A stretch of DNA of 64,000 nucleotides from an uncultured Gemmatimonadales bacterium (GTDB taxonomy: Bacteria; Gemmatimonadota; Gemmatimonadetes; Longimicrobiales; Gaopeijiaceae), in NCBI GenBank assembly GCA_963809895.1, contig CAWELD010000003.1:2016001-2080000 (forward strand). Reading direction: 5' to 3'. The notes beneath the pieces are model-generated. The model ran no database searches. It had not been told where the DNA came from and saw only the letters and a list, made by a program, of their open reading frames with translations. The first letter of the stretch is position 1. Every line of letters starts with the position of its first letter. Positions 9,196 to 19,015 of the stretch are shown here, one piece after another. The position numbers and the translations under genes were made by a program.

Positions 9196-9789
9196 CGAGT
9201 CCATAACCTAGGGCTCCGACTTGCGGTCGAGAAGGAGGTCTCCGGGTCCGGTTGCGGCATCGGCCCGGTCGCTCTCGACGGTGTACGGCCTCGTCAGGGC
9301 CGGAGGCAGTGGGCCTCATGGGGGCGAGAAGCGTCGTGACGAAGCGGCGGAGCGGCTCGGGTGTCGCGGACGCGGTGGAGGGGGATGGTGATCGCTGCCA
9401 TGGAGGGTCGGATCGCGACGAGAGGGCTGCGAACACCATGACTGTCATGGTGTCTGCAGCCCTGGACACACGCCGCCCCCTCCGTGGCTGCGAACGCCAG
9501 GATAATCCTGGACTTTGCAGCCCTCGCCCCTCGCCGCGGGCGTCCGTGGCTGCGAAAGGCCACCTGAGGACCGCCTGACGCGGGGCCGCCACGAGCGCTA
9601 CCGCTCCGAGCACCCACAGCACGCGCAGACGGCGGCCCGGTCGGGCGACGCCCCCCGAAACGCGCCCAGCCGTTGCAACCCTCGCCCGTCCAACGATGTC
9701 TATATCATAAACATTGTTTCTAAAACATTGCTTTCATGGTATCGTAGTGCTCGACGACCTGCCCGCCATCCCCCGAGACACGATCCGAT

Positions 9790-10119
9790 ATGAGTGACGA
9801 CAGCGCCGGCGAGTTCGAGCAGATGGTCCTTCTGGCCGTGCTCCACCTGGGCGACGAAGCCTACGGGGTGCCGGTGGTGGAGGAGATCCGCAGGCGCACG
9901 GGACGCGGCGTGCTGCGGCCCGCCGTCTACGTGGCGCTGCGCCGGCTGGAGAAGAAGGGGCTGGTGCAGTCGCGCACCGGCGATCCGCTTCCCGAGCGGG
10001 GGGGGCGCGCGCGGAAGTTCTACGACGTCACGCCGTCGGGGATGGAGGTGGTGCGCGACGCGCGCCAGGCGTGGCTCTCCATGTGGGACGGGCTGCAGAC
10101 GGTCCTGGACGAGCGCTGA
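9790..10119 (+). CDS. PadR-family transcriptional regulator (ADOP-associated type)
   Basis: GEFEQMVLLAVL...AYGV....IRRRTGR....AVYVALRRLEKKGLV...RGGRARKFY.VT. Confidence 0.92.
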   Translation: MSDDSAGEFEQMVLLAVLHLGDEAYGVPVVEEIRRRTGRGVLRPAVYVALRRLEKKGLVQSRTGDPLPERGGRARKFYDVTPSGMEVVRDARQAWLSMWDGLQTVLDER

Positions 10120-10125
10120 ACAGCC

Positions 10126-12789
10126 ATGTCCCGGATACCTCACCCGCCCCGCCTCGCCCGGCGCATCCTGGCGCGGTGCCTCCCCCTCGAGGAGCGGGAC
10201 GCGGTGCTGGGCGATCTGGAGGAAAGCTGGCACACTCGCCGCGACCGTGGACGACCGGTGCGGCTCTGGTACTGGGGCCAGGCGACCCTGCTTGCGGCGG
10301 GCTTCCTGGCGAACCGGGCGCGCGAGGCGTTGGGACGGGATGCCGCCCGGCGCTTCGGCGCACCCTCACGACGAGGAGACGGGATGATGAAGGGATGGCT
10401 GCGGGATCTTCGGGTGGCGCTGCGCTCACTGGTGCACAGGCCGGGCTTCACCGCGGTGGCGGTGCTCACCATGGCGCTGGGGCTCGGCGCCAACACGGCG
10501 ATCTTCAGCGTGGTTTACGGCGCGCTGCTGGCGCCCCTGCCCTACCCCGACTCGGACGGCCTGGTGTGGCTCTCCGACGCCCGCAAGGGCGGGTGGACCG
10601 GCAACTCCGAGTCCATCCCCAACCTCCTGGACCTGCGGGCGGAATCCAAGACGCTCGAGGATCTGGCCATCTACGGCACCTCTTCGCTCAACTTCGCCCA
10701 CGGCGAGGAGGCGGAGCGTATCTCGGGGATGGTGGTCAGCCCCGAGTTGTTCGGGGTCCTGCGCACGCCGCCGAGGCTTGGCCGCGACTTCACCCCGGAG
10801 GAGAACCAGCCCGACGCCCCGCCCGTGGTCATTCTGAGCTACGACCTGTGGCAGAGCCGCTTCGGAGGCGATCCCGACGTGCTGGGCACGCAGGTCGTGC
10901 TGAACGCCCGCCCCCATACGGTCATCGGCGTGGCCTCGCCCGACCTGGAGCTGCGCGGTAACCCGCAGGCCTTCGTGCTCTTCCAGTGGGACGAGGCCAA
11001 CCTCAGCCGGGGCTCGAGGAGCTACAACGCCATCGCCCGCATGGCACCGGGCGCCACGGTGGAGGCCGCCGACGCCGAGCTCAAGGGCATCTTCGCCCGC
11101 CTGGAGCAGGAGTACCCGGGAGCGAACAAGGACTGGACCGTCGACGCCATCCCCCTGAAGGAGCTCATGATCGGCCGGGAGGGTCGGCGGCAAGTGCTCA
11201 TGCTGGCAGGCGCCGCGCTCCTGGTGCTCCTCATCGCGTGCGTGAACGTCGCCAACCTGCTCCTGGCCCGGGCCGAGGTGCGGGGCCGCGAAATCGCGGT
11301 GCGCGGAGCGTTGGGCGCCGGGCGCGGCCGGCTGATCTCGCTCTTCCTGTCGGAGAGCGTGATCCTGGGGATCGCGGGCGGGATCGTGGGACTGGTGGGA
11401 GCCTACTGGGGCGTGCACCTGCTGCTCGGTCTGTACGCCGGCTCGCTCCCCCGGGGCAGCACGGTGAGCCTGTCCGGCGTCGCGATCCTGTTCGGCCTGG
11501 GCGCGTCGCTGGTGACCGGGGTGGCCGTGGGGCTCCTCCCGGCGCTGCGCACGCGCATGCGAGACATCTACGACGGGCTGCGCGAAGGCGGCCGCGGTGC
11601 CGCGGGGGCCGTCACCGGTCTGCGGCGGGCGCTGGTGGTCGCAGAGGTGGCGCTGGCCGTGACCCTGGTCGCGGGGGCCGGGCTGCTGCTCCGGAGCTTC
11701 TGGGCCGTGGCCTCGGTGGACGTGGGGCTGGAGCGGCCCGAGCAGATCCTGAGCTTCCAGCTCTCGCCCCCGTCGGCGGCCTACAGCGAGCGGCCGACCA
11801 TCGTGGATTTCTACACGAACCTGACCAACGGTCTGGCGTCGCTCCCGGGCGTGGAGGCGGTGGGACTGACGAACCGCCTTCCCACCGACGGGGGCACCAA
11901 CCTCACCGATGTGGCGTCGGGCGAGAATCCCGACGTGATGGCCCACTTCGTCGAGATCCGCACCGTCAATCCGGGCTTCTTCGAGGCAGCGGGGATTCCC
12001 CTGGTGAGCGGGCGCGGCTTCGCGCCCGCGGACCAGCGTGAGGACTTCATGGGAGTGGTGATCACCCGGGAGCTCGGCCGCCAGCTCTTCCCCGACCAGG
12101 ATCCGGTGGGCAAGACGCTGGACGTGGTATCGTGGGGGAACATGAAGCCCGAGATCATCGGCGTGGCCGAGGACATGCACGACATGGGACCCACCCGGGC
12201 ACCACCGCCGGGCTTCTATCTGCCTTTCGGGGGGCCCTGGATGGTTCCCTCACTGGCGGTCCTGGTGCGGGCGAACGGGAATCCCCTGGAACTGACACCC
12301 CTCGTTCGGGAGCAGGTGCGGCGCCTGGACCCGGCCCTTCCGGTCTTCAACGTACGTCTCATGAGCGACGTCATCACCCAGGCCGCGGGTGGACGCCGGA
12401 AGCTCAACATGTCGCTGATCCTCCTCTTCGGAGGCGTGGCCGTGCTCCTGGGGGCGGTGGGCATCTACGGGGTCATGAGCTACGTCGTGACGCAACGCAC
12501 CCGGGAGATGGGCGTGCGTCTGGCGCTGGGAGCCCGGCAGGGCGACGTGAGCCGCCTCGTGCTGCGTCAGGGGATCCGCATGACGGCCCTGGGCATCGTG
12601 CTGGGAATCGGGGGCGCCCTGGCTTCCGGTCGGGTGCTGGCGAGCCTGCTCTACGGCGTGAAGCCCTCCGATCCGGCCACCCATGTCACCGTGGCCGTGC
12701 TCCTGACCGTGGTGGCGCTGCTGTCGTGCTGGCTCCCGGCCCGGCGGGCAGCGCGGGTGGATCCCGTGGAGGCGCTCCGCAACGAATAG
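10126..12789 (+). CDS. ABC permease, duplicated MacB/FtsX (ADOP-type)
   Basis: LGDLEE prefix domain, LGLGANTAIFSVV, LLIACVNVANLLLAR, REMGVRLALGA, PARRAARVDPVEALR. Confidence 0.93.
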   Translation: MSRIPHPPRLARRILARCLPLEERDAVLGDLEESWHTRRDRGRPVRLWYWGQATLLAAGFLANRAREALGRDAARRFGAPSRRGDGMMKGWLRDLRVALRSLVHRPGFTAVAVLTMALGLGANTAIFSVVYGALLAPLPYPDSDGLVWLSDARKGGWTGNSESIPNLLDLRAESKTLEDLAIYGTSSLNFAHGEEAERISGMVVSPELFGVLRTPPRLGRDFTPEENQPDAPPVVILSYDLWQSRFGGDPDVLGTQVVLNARPHTVIGVASPDLELRGNPQAFVLFQWDEANLSRGSRSYNAIARMAPGATVEAADAELKGIFARLEQEYPGANKDWTVDAIPLKELMIGREGRRQVLMLAGAALLVLLIACVNVANLLLARAEVRGREIAVRGALGAGRGRLISLFLSESVILGIAGGIVGLVGAYWGVHLLLGLYAGSLPRGSTVSLSGVAILFGLGASLVTGVAVGLLPALRTRMRDIYDGLREGGRGAAGAVTGLRRALVVAEVALAVTLVAGAGLLLRSFWAVASVDVGLERPEQILSFQLSPPSAAYSERPTIVDFYTNLTNGLASLPGVEAVGLTNRLPTDGGTNLTDVASGENPDVMAHFVEIRTVNPGFFEAAGIPLVSGRGFAPADQREDFMGVVITRELGRQLFPDQDPVGKTLDVVSWGNMKPEIIGVAEDMHDMGPTRAPPPGFYLPFGGPWMVPSLAVLVRANGNPLELTPLVREQVRRLDPALPVFNVRLMSDVITQAAGGRRKLNMSLILLFGGVAVLLGAVGIYGVMSYVVTQRTREMGVRLALGARQGDVSRLVLRQGIRMTALGIVLGIGGALASGRVLASLLYGVKPSDPATHVTVAVLLTVVALLSCWLPARRAARVDPVEALRNE

Positions 12790-12879
12790 CCCTTCCGGGC
12801 GGGCAGGCCGGGAGTAGATTCAAGGATCGAGGGGCCGGGCACGACCCGGTCCCCACGACCCTCGACCCCCCTGGTCTCC

Positions 12880-13275
12880 ATGTTCCTCGTCCCCACCATC
12901 GTGCGGCCCAGCCACGCCCACGGCGTCGGAGTCTTCACGTCCGAGGCCATCCGCGGCGGCACGGTCCTCTGGGAGTTCACCGAAGAGGTGGACCTGCGAC
13001 TGCCCCCCGACAGCTTCCGCGACGTGCCCGAGCCTCTGCGCTCGAAGCTGCGGGCGTACTGCTACGAAGAGCCCGACGGCACCTTGGTCCTGTGCGGGGA
13101 CAACGCCAAGTTCATGAACCACTCCTTCGATCCCAACTGCGACGACGTCGAGGGGCCCTACACCATCGCCAAGCACGACATCGCCGCCGGCGAGGAGCTC
13201 ACCTGCGACTACCGTCTTTTCGATCTCGAGTCGGCTCGCGACGGGCTCGAGGCGTGGCGCTCGCCCTCCGACTGA
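12880..13275 (+). CDS. SET-domain protein
   Basis: HGVGVF, KFMNHSFDPNC and GEELTCDY SET motifs. Confidence 0.9.
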   Translation: MFLVPTIVRPSHAHGVGVFTSEAIRGGTVLWEFTEEVDLRLPPDSFRDVPEPLRSKLRAYCYEEPDGTLVLCGDNAKFMNHSFDPNCDDVEGPYTIAKHDIAAGEELTCDYRLFDLESARDGLEAWRSPSD

Positions 13276-13296
13276 TCCGCCTCCGAATCCCACATC

Positions 13297-14040
13297 ATGC
13301 GCACCTCCCCATCGACCTCTCGGTTCGCCGTCCCTTTCCTCGCCCTCCTGGCTCTCCAGGCCTGCGCCTCGGGCTCCCCGCAGACGCCGGCGCCGGTGGG
13401 ACCGCCTCCACCGGAGGTCCACTGGGTCCGGACCGCGGCCGAGCATCGGGCCATCTTCGAGGAGGTCTACCGCTGGGCCGGCGAGCGGGTGGCGGCGGCG
13501 ACGGCCGATCGCAGCCCCGGGACCTGGGCGGTGATCCTGGACGTGGACGAGACGGTGCTGGACAACTCGGAGTACGAGGCGCGCCTCTGGCGCCAGGGCG
13601 TGACCTACACCCCTGACAGCTGGAACGCCTGGGTCCACGAGGCGTCGGCGCCGGCGCTACCGGGGGCCAAGCGCTTCATCGACGGCGTGCGCAGCCGGGG
13701 CGGGCGCGTGGTGCTGGTGACCAACCGTGACGACGCGCTCTGCGACGCCACGCGGGAGAACCTGGTGGCGCAGCGGGTGGAGGCCGATCTGGTCCTGTGC
13801 CGGCCCCCGGGGGTCGAGCGCAAGGAGGCGCGCTTCCGGGCGGTGCAGGACGGCACGGCCTCGTCCTCGCTGCCCGCCCTCGACGTGGTGGCGTGGGTGG
13901 GCGACAACATCCGGGACTTTCCCGGAGGTGAGCAGGCGCTCCGGGACGGCGATCCGGTGGCGCTGGCGTCGTTCGGGGTGCGCTGGTTCGTGCTGCCCAA
14001 CCCCATGTACGGGAGCTGGCAGGACAATCCTCCGCGTTAG
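13297..14040 (+). CDS. HAD acid phosphatase / 5'-nucleotidase lipoprotein e(P4) family
   Basis: Lipobox LQA-C; DVDETVLDNS, VTNR, GDNIRDF, LPNPMYGSW. Confidence 0.92.
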   Translation: MRTSPSTSRFAVPFLALLALQACASGSPQTPAPVGPPPPEVHWVRTAAEHRAIFEEVYRWAGERVAAATADRSPGTWAVILDVDETVLDNSEYEARLWRQGVTYTPDSWNAWVHEASAPALPGAKRFIDGVRSRGGRVVLVTNRDDALCDATRENLVAQRVEADLVLCRPPGVERKEARFRAVQDGTASSSLPALDVVAWVGDNIRDFPGGEQALRDGDPVALASFGVRWFVLPNPMYGSWQDNPPR

Positions 14041-14078
14041 CGCGAGCACGACGCCGGCGGAGGGCCGGCTGCACCCCG

Positions 14079-14717
14079 TCAGAGCTCCAGCTCGAACTGG
14101 AGTCCCAGGAAGGTGAGGCGGTGGTGAGGCGTAGGGCCCAGCTCGTCCAGCGCCTGCCGGTGAGCCAGCGTGCCGTAGCCGGCGTTGGTTTCCCAGCCGA
14201 AGCCGGGGTAGCGTGCCGCCAGGCGGCGCATGAGCCGGTCCCTGAGCACCTTGGCCACGATGGAGGCGCAGGCCACCGAGTGGACCAGCGCATCGCCTCC
14301 GACGACCGCCTCGTGCTTCCAGCGCAGGTGCTTCACCGGCAGGCCGTCCACCACCACGTGCTCGGGGCGCATGGGCAGCGCGGCCAGGGCCCGGCGCATG
14401 GCCAGCGTGGTGGCCCCGAGGATGTTCAGCCGGTCGATCTCCCGCACCGAGGCGGCCCCGAGGGCGACACCTGCGGCCGCGCGGCGGATCGCCAGGTCCA
14501 GGGCTTCACGGGTGGGCGCGTCCAGGAGCTTGGAGTCCGTGGCGCCCTCGACGAGCACGTCGGGCGGGAGGACCACGGCGCAGGCCACCACCGGTCCCGC
14601 CAGGGGTCCCCGGCCCACCTCGTCCACGCCAGCTACCCATCGAACGTCGCGGCTCCAGAATCCGCGCTCGTAGTCGAGGGGATTCTGGAGCCGTGAAGTG
14701 TCGTCCTGGTCCGGCAT
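14079..14717 (-). CDS. rnhB: Ribonuclease HII
   Basis: GVDEVGRGPLAGPV, DSK, ASIVAKVLRD, GYGT..H. Confidence 0.96.
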   Translation of the reverse strand: MPDQDDTSRLQNPLDYERGFWSRDVRWVAGVDEVGRGPLAGPVVACAVVLPPDVLVEGATDSKLLDAPTREALDLAIRRAAAGVALGAASVREIDRLNILGATTLAMRRALAALPMRPEHVVVDGLPVKHLRWKHEAVVGGDALVHSVACASIVAKVLRDRLMRRLAARYPGFGWETNAGYGTLAHRQALDELGPTPHHRLTFLGLQFELEL

Positions 14718-14729
14718 GGCCGGCTCGCG

Positions 14730-15077
14730 TCAGACGCGCTTCTCCGGGATGCGGGCCGCCTTGCCGCGGAGCTGGCGCAGGTAGTAGAGCTTGGCCCGAC
14801 GAACCCGACCACGCCGCACCACCTCGATGTCCTTGATGGTGGGAACGTGCAGGGGGAACACGCGCTCGACGCCGATGCCACTGGAGATCTTGCGGACCAT
14901 GAAGGTCTCGTTGAGCCCGCCGCCGCGTCGGCCGATGCAGACGCCCTCGAAGGCCTGGATACGCTCCTTCTCGCCCTCGCGCACACGGTAGAGGACGCGG
15001 ACGGTATCGCCCGGGGCGAAGTCCGGGAGATCGTCCCGGAGCTGCTCCTTTTCGAGTTCCTGCAGCAGGTCTGCCAT
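14730..15077 (-). CDS. rplS: 50S ribosomal protein L19
   Basis: [28 protein letters not shown]; start trimmed to MADLLQ. Confidence 0.97.
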   Translation of the reverse strand: MADLLQELEKEQLRDDLPDFAPGDTVRVLYRVREGEKERIQAFEGVCIGRRGGGLNETFMVRKISSGIGVERVFPLHVPTIKDIEVVRRGRVRRAKLYYLRQLRGKAARIPEKRV

Positions 15078-15125
15078 GATCCCTTCTCCTGAACGGCCGG
15101 ACGGCCGGATTCCAGTCAGACGAGT

Positions 15126-15154
15126 ATTATAACTTCCGCTGGGGTCCGGGTGAA
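15126..15154 (-). promoter_or_regulatory. Putative sigma70 promoter for rplS-rnhB
   Basis: TTCACC-17 bp-TATAAT on the minus strand in the trmD-rplS gap. Confidence 0.55.
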
Positions 15155-15183
15155 GCCCTGCAGAAGCCACGTGGCACGCGGAC

Positions 15184-15873
15184 TCAGTCCCCCGCGGACC
15201 GCCCCCCGCGGAGCAGATCTGGCCGCCGCTGGCGAGTCACGCGGTCTGCTTCGGCCCGGCGCCACGCCTCGATGCGGGCGTGGTCTCCGCTGCGCAGCAC
15301 CTCGGGCACCTCGAAGCCCCGGTACTCCGGCGGCCTGGTGTACGAGGGCGCGCTCAGGACGCCCTGATCGTAGAACGAGTCGGTGGCCGCCGCGTCATGG
15401 TCCCCCAGGGCGCCGGGCAGGAGCCGCACCACCGCATCGGTGACCGCCAGCGCACCGATCTCGCCGCCGGACAGGACGAAGTCGCCCAGCGAGATCTCCT
15501 CGGTGGCCAGGTGGTCGGCCACCCGCTGATCCACGTCCTTGTAGTGCCCGCACAGGAGGGTGAGCTCGTCCTCCACGGCGAAGCGCACGGCGTCGGCGTG
15601 GCGGAACGGCCGCCCACGTGCCGACAGCAGCACGACGGGTCCCGCCGGCGACAGCGCGTCCACCGCCTCGAAGAAGGGCTCCGGCTTCATGACCATGCCC
15701 GCGCCCCCGCCGTAGGGGAGGTCGTCCACGGTGCGATGCCGGTCGTGGGTGAAGTCCCGCAGATCCAGCACGCGGTAGCTCACCAGCCCCGCGTCGGCCG
15801 CTCGCTTCGGGATGCTCAGCGAGAGTGGGCCCGCGAAGAAGTCCGGGAAGATGGTGACGATGTTGATGCGCAT
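15184..15873 (-). CDS. trmD: tRNA (guanine37-N1)-methyltransferase
   Basis: [36 protein letters not shown]. Confidence 0.97.
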   Translation of the reverse strand: MRINIVTIFPDFFAGPLSLSIPKRAADAGLVSYRVLDLRDFTHDRHRTVDDLPYGGGAGMVMKPEPFFEAVDALSPAGPVVLLSARGRPFRHADAVRFAVEDELTLLCGHYKDVDQRVADHLATEEISLGDFVLSGGEIGALAVTDAVVRLLPGALGDHDAAATDSFYDQGVLSAPSYTRPPEYRGFEVPEVLRSGDHARIEAWRRAEADRVTRQRRPDLLRGGRSAGD

Positions 15874-15912
15874 GACGTCCTCCGCTGTCCCGGGCGCCGG
15901 CGTCGCCGACGT

Positions 15913-16458
15913 TCAGAGATCGAGAAGCCCCTCCGGCGGGTCCACCACCAGGCGGGCGGCGGCGCGATCCACCTCCACCACCACCTCGCGCGTGAACGGA
16001 ATCAGCACGGACCCCCGTCGTGTGCGCACCTCCAGCAGGTCCGAGGGGCGTACCTCGTAGACCTCGCGGACGTCTCCCACCTCTTCACCGGCCACGGTCT
16101 CGACCCTCATGCCGAGGAGCTCGTGATAGAAGACCTCGTCGTCGGCCAGCGGCTCCAGGTCGTCGGTGGCCAACATCAGGTAGAGGTCCCGGAGGCGCTC
16201 GGCGTCGTTCCGGTCGCGCATGCCGCCGAACAGCACCAGGAAGCCCCGGCGGAAGGGCCGCACCTCGTCGACACGCAGCGGCGGCGCCGAGGGATCCGGA
16301 GCACGCCCGCTGGCGTCGGCCCCAAGCAGAACCACCCCGGGAGCGAACACGCTCTCGGGGTGATCCGTGAGGGGCAGAACGAAGACCTCGCCCTGGATGC
16401 CGTGGGGCTTGCGAATCTGCCCGACCACCAGGTGGGACGGTGCCTCTCGGGCCATCAT
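15913..16458 (-). CDS. rimM: 16S rRNA processing protein RimM
   Basis: VGQIRKPHGIQGEV, FYHELLGM, LIPF, PPEGLLDL; canonical position between rpsP and trmD. Confidence 0.96.
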   Translation of the reverse strand: MMAREAPSHLVVGQIRKPHGIQGEVFVLPLTDHPESVFAPGVVLLGADASGRAPDPSAPPLRVDEVRPFRRGFLVLFGGMRDRNDAERLRDLYLMLATDDLEPLADDEVFYHELLGMRVETVAGEEVGDVREVYEVRPSDLLEVRTRRGSVLIPFTREVVVEVDRAAARLVVDPPEGLLDL

Positions 16459-16472
16459 CCCTCCGCCGGAGG

Positions 16473-17144
16473 TTACTCCGACTTGCTCTCCTCGTCGTCC
16501 TCGGCGTCGCCGGCCTCTTCCTCGGCCTCGTCGGCCGCGGCTTCTTCGGCTTCTGCCTCGGGCTCCTCGGCCGCTTCGGCTTCTTCGGCGGGCTCGGCTT
16601 CGGCCTCGGGCTCGTCGGCGGCTTCGGCCACCTCGGCGGGCTCGGCTTCGGCAGTGGCCTCGGCCTCGTCCGACTCGGCGCCTTCAGCGTCCGCTTCTTC
16701 CGCGGCCTCCGCTTCGGCCTCGGCAGCTTCAGCGGCGGCGGCCGCTTCGGCTTCCGCCTTGGCCTGCGCCTCGGCTTCGGCCTGGGCCTTGGCCTCGTCC
16801 GCGGCCGCCTTCTTCTCGGCAGCCCGCTTGGCGGCCAGAGCCTCCTGCGCCTTCTTGCGCTCGGCCTCGAGGTCCGGCTCGCCGACGGCGACGGTGTTGT
16901 CACCGCCGCTACGGGCCCGGGAGATGAGGTTCCTCACGGTATGGGACGGGGACGCGCCCTGCTCGATCCAGTAGTCCACGCGCTCCAGATTCAGCACGAG
17001 GCGCGCCGGCGAGGACAGGGGCTTGTAGTACCCCAGGCTCTCCACGAACCGTCCGTCACGCGGCGAGGCGGAATCCGCCACGACCACACGATAGTGGGGC
17101 TGCTTCTTACGGCCCATCCGCTTCAGTCGAATCCTGACAGCCAT
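16473..17144 (-). CDS. rpsP: 30S ribosomal protein S16 with long acidic Ala/Glu C-terminal extension
   Basis: [37 protein letters not shown]; ~140-aa low-complexity tail. Confidence 0.96.
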   Translation of the reverse strand: MAVRIRLKRMGRKKQPHYRVVVADSASPRDGRFVESLGYYKPLSSPARLVLNLERVDYWIEQGASPSHTVRNLISRARSGGDNTVAVGEPDLEAERKKAQEALAAKRAAEKKAAADEAKAQAEAEAQAKAEAEAAAAAEAAEAEAEAAEEADAEGAESDEAEATAEAEPAEVAEAADEPEAEAEPAEEAEAAEEPEAEAEEAAADEAEEEAGDAEDDEESKSE

Positions 17145-17358
17145 CTCGTCACAAGGTTGTGCCCGGATCCGGCCCTCCCCCTGGAGCGCGGCGGTATCCG
17201 AGCGGACTTCTCGGAGGGCGGGACGGTGTTGTCCAGCCCCGAAACGCAGAGCCCAGTAACGTATTCCCTATGGGCCCTTTGCACAAGGAAGGGGCACGAC
17301 GCAACAGCCCCTCGCCGCCGGGGTTGACACGACCCCGCGCGGAGTTCCTTCATGGGGG

Positions 17359-18999
17359 ATGCTCGAGACCGCCGATTCGACGCCGCGTGGGTGGCTGCGG
17401 GACCCGCGGGTAATCGCCGCGATGATCGCCGCTGGCCTGGCGATCCTGGTCTACGCCAATGCCCTGGCCAACGGGTTCGCATACGACGACGTCCCCGTCA
17501 TCGTCGACAACCCGGCGGTCAGCGGGGGAATCCACCCGCTCCGCATCCTCTTCACGCCCTACTGGCCGGGTGCCGACGGACGCACGTTGGGACTCTACCG
17601 CCCGCTGACGATCCTGCTGTTCGCGGTTCAGTGGGCGTTGGGCGACGGAAGCGCCCTGGTATTCCACGCCGTGAGCCTTCTTCTCCATGGCGTGGCGACG
17701 GCGCTGGTCTTCCGGTTGGTCTCGCGCTTCGTGGACTGGCGCTACGCGCTGGCCGGCACACTCCTGTTCGCGGTGCATCCGGTCCATGTCGAGGCGGTAG
17801 CCAACGTCGTGGGCCAGTCCGAACTGATGTCGGCATGCCTCCTGCTGGCGGGAGCGAGCATTCATGCGGGCCGGCCCCTGGGCGGGGAGGAGCCGGCCGG
17901 ACACCGACGCGTCATCGCGCTCCTCTTCGCTGCCGGCCTCCTGGCCAAGGAGAGCGCCATCGTGTTTCCGGCGCTCCTGCTCGTGCTGGACCTCGCCCAG
18001 GGGCGGGTGCGCCGGCCCGGCTACCTCCGGTCCGTGGCGCGCCTGGCCATCCTCCTGGCGGCGACGACCGCCGTCTACCTGGCGCTGCGCACCGTGGTGC
18101 TGGGCGCCCTCACCGGCGATGTGACCTTCACGATGCGCTTCCTGGAGGATCCGGTCACCCGACTTTCGACCGCCCTCACCGTGTGGCCGCACTACGCGAG
18201 GCTCCTGTTCGCGCCTCTCCACCTGTCGGCCATGTACGATCCGGACTTCCTGGTGCCGGCGAGCACCCTCACTGCCCGGTCACTGGCGGGTGCCGCCATC
18301 CTCGCCATCACCGTGGTTCTGGCCGTGACGCCCCGCTGGTGGCCCGCCGCGGGGCTGGGCGCGTCATGGTTTCTGGTGACGATTCTCCTCGTATCCAATC
18401 TGGTGGTGCCCGTGGGCACACTGCTGGCTGAACGTACGCTCTACCTGCCGTCCGTGGCGCTCGCGTTCTGGATCGGGTTCGGGGCGCGGGCGCTGGCAAG
18501 ACACCGTAGCGTCTCGAAGTGGGTCCGCCCCGCCGCCGCCGCACTCGGCGTCGTCCTCTGCGCCTTCGCGCTGCGGACGGTCCTGCGGACCCCGGTGTGG
18601 AAGGACAGCGCCACCGTGATCGAGACGTCCTTCCGCCAACACCCCGAGGATTTCCGCGCCCAGTGGTTCCACGCCGAGCGCGTGGCCGAGGCGGGGGATT
18701 CGACGGGGAGCCTCGTCTTCTGGCGGCAGGCCTTCGACATCTACCCGGACCATCCGCGTTTTCTCACGGCCTATGCCAGTATGCTACTGGCTCTGGGGAG
18801 GGTGGATCAGGCGGACTCCATGATCCAGCGGGCCAGGAGCCTTCACCCCGACGGTGCGGAGTCCATCTTCCTCCAGGGGCTCGTGGATCTGGAGCTCGGG
18901 CGCGACGGGGCGGCAGCGGCCCGGATCGACCGGTTGGACGCGTTGGGCTACGGCACCATGGCCAGGGCCCTGGCCGACAGCGCTGGGCGGCGTCGGTAG
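17359..18999 (+). CDS. TMTC-like GT-C membrane glycosyltransferase with C-terminal TPR-like helices
   Basis: NGFAYDD (DD loop), YRPLT, LFAVHPVHVEAVANVVG, LAKESA, AERTLYLPS. Confidence 0.8.
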   Translation: MLETADSTPRGWLRDPRVIAAMIAAGLAILVYANALANGFAYDDVPVIVDNPAVSGGIHPLRILFTPYWPGADGRTLGLYRPLTILLFAVQWALGDGSALVFHAVSLLLHGVATALVFRLVSRFVDWRYALAGTLLFAVHPVHVEAVANVVGQSELMSACLLLAGASIHAGRPLGGEEPAGHRRVIALLFAAGLLAKESAIVFPALLLVLDLAQGRVRRPGYLRSVARLAILLAATTAVYLALRTVVLGALTGDVTFTMRFLEDPVTRLSTALTVWPHYARLLFAPLHLSAMYDPDFLVPASTLTARSLAGAAILAITVVLAVTPRWWPAAGLGASWFLVTILLVSNLVVPVGTLLAERTLYLPSVALAFWIGFGARALARHRSVSKWVRPAAAALGVVLCAFALRTVLRTPVWKDSATVIETSFRQHPEDFRAQWFHAERVAEAGDSTGSLVFWRQAFDIYPDHPRFLTAYASMLLALGRVDQADSMIQRARSLHPDGAESIFLQGLVDLELGRDGAAAARIDRLDALGYGTMARALADSAGRRR

Positions 19000-19015
19000 C
19001 GCCCCCCCCCCGCCC

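Noticed and set aside
9196..9690. Coding gene or ncRNA between tRNA-Lys and padR
   Set aside because: The ORFs lack motifs and I could not recognise an RNA family; left unannotated
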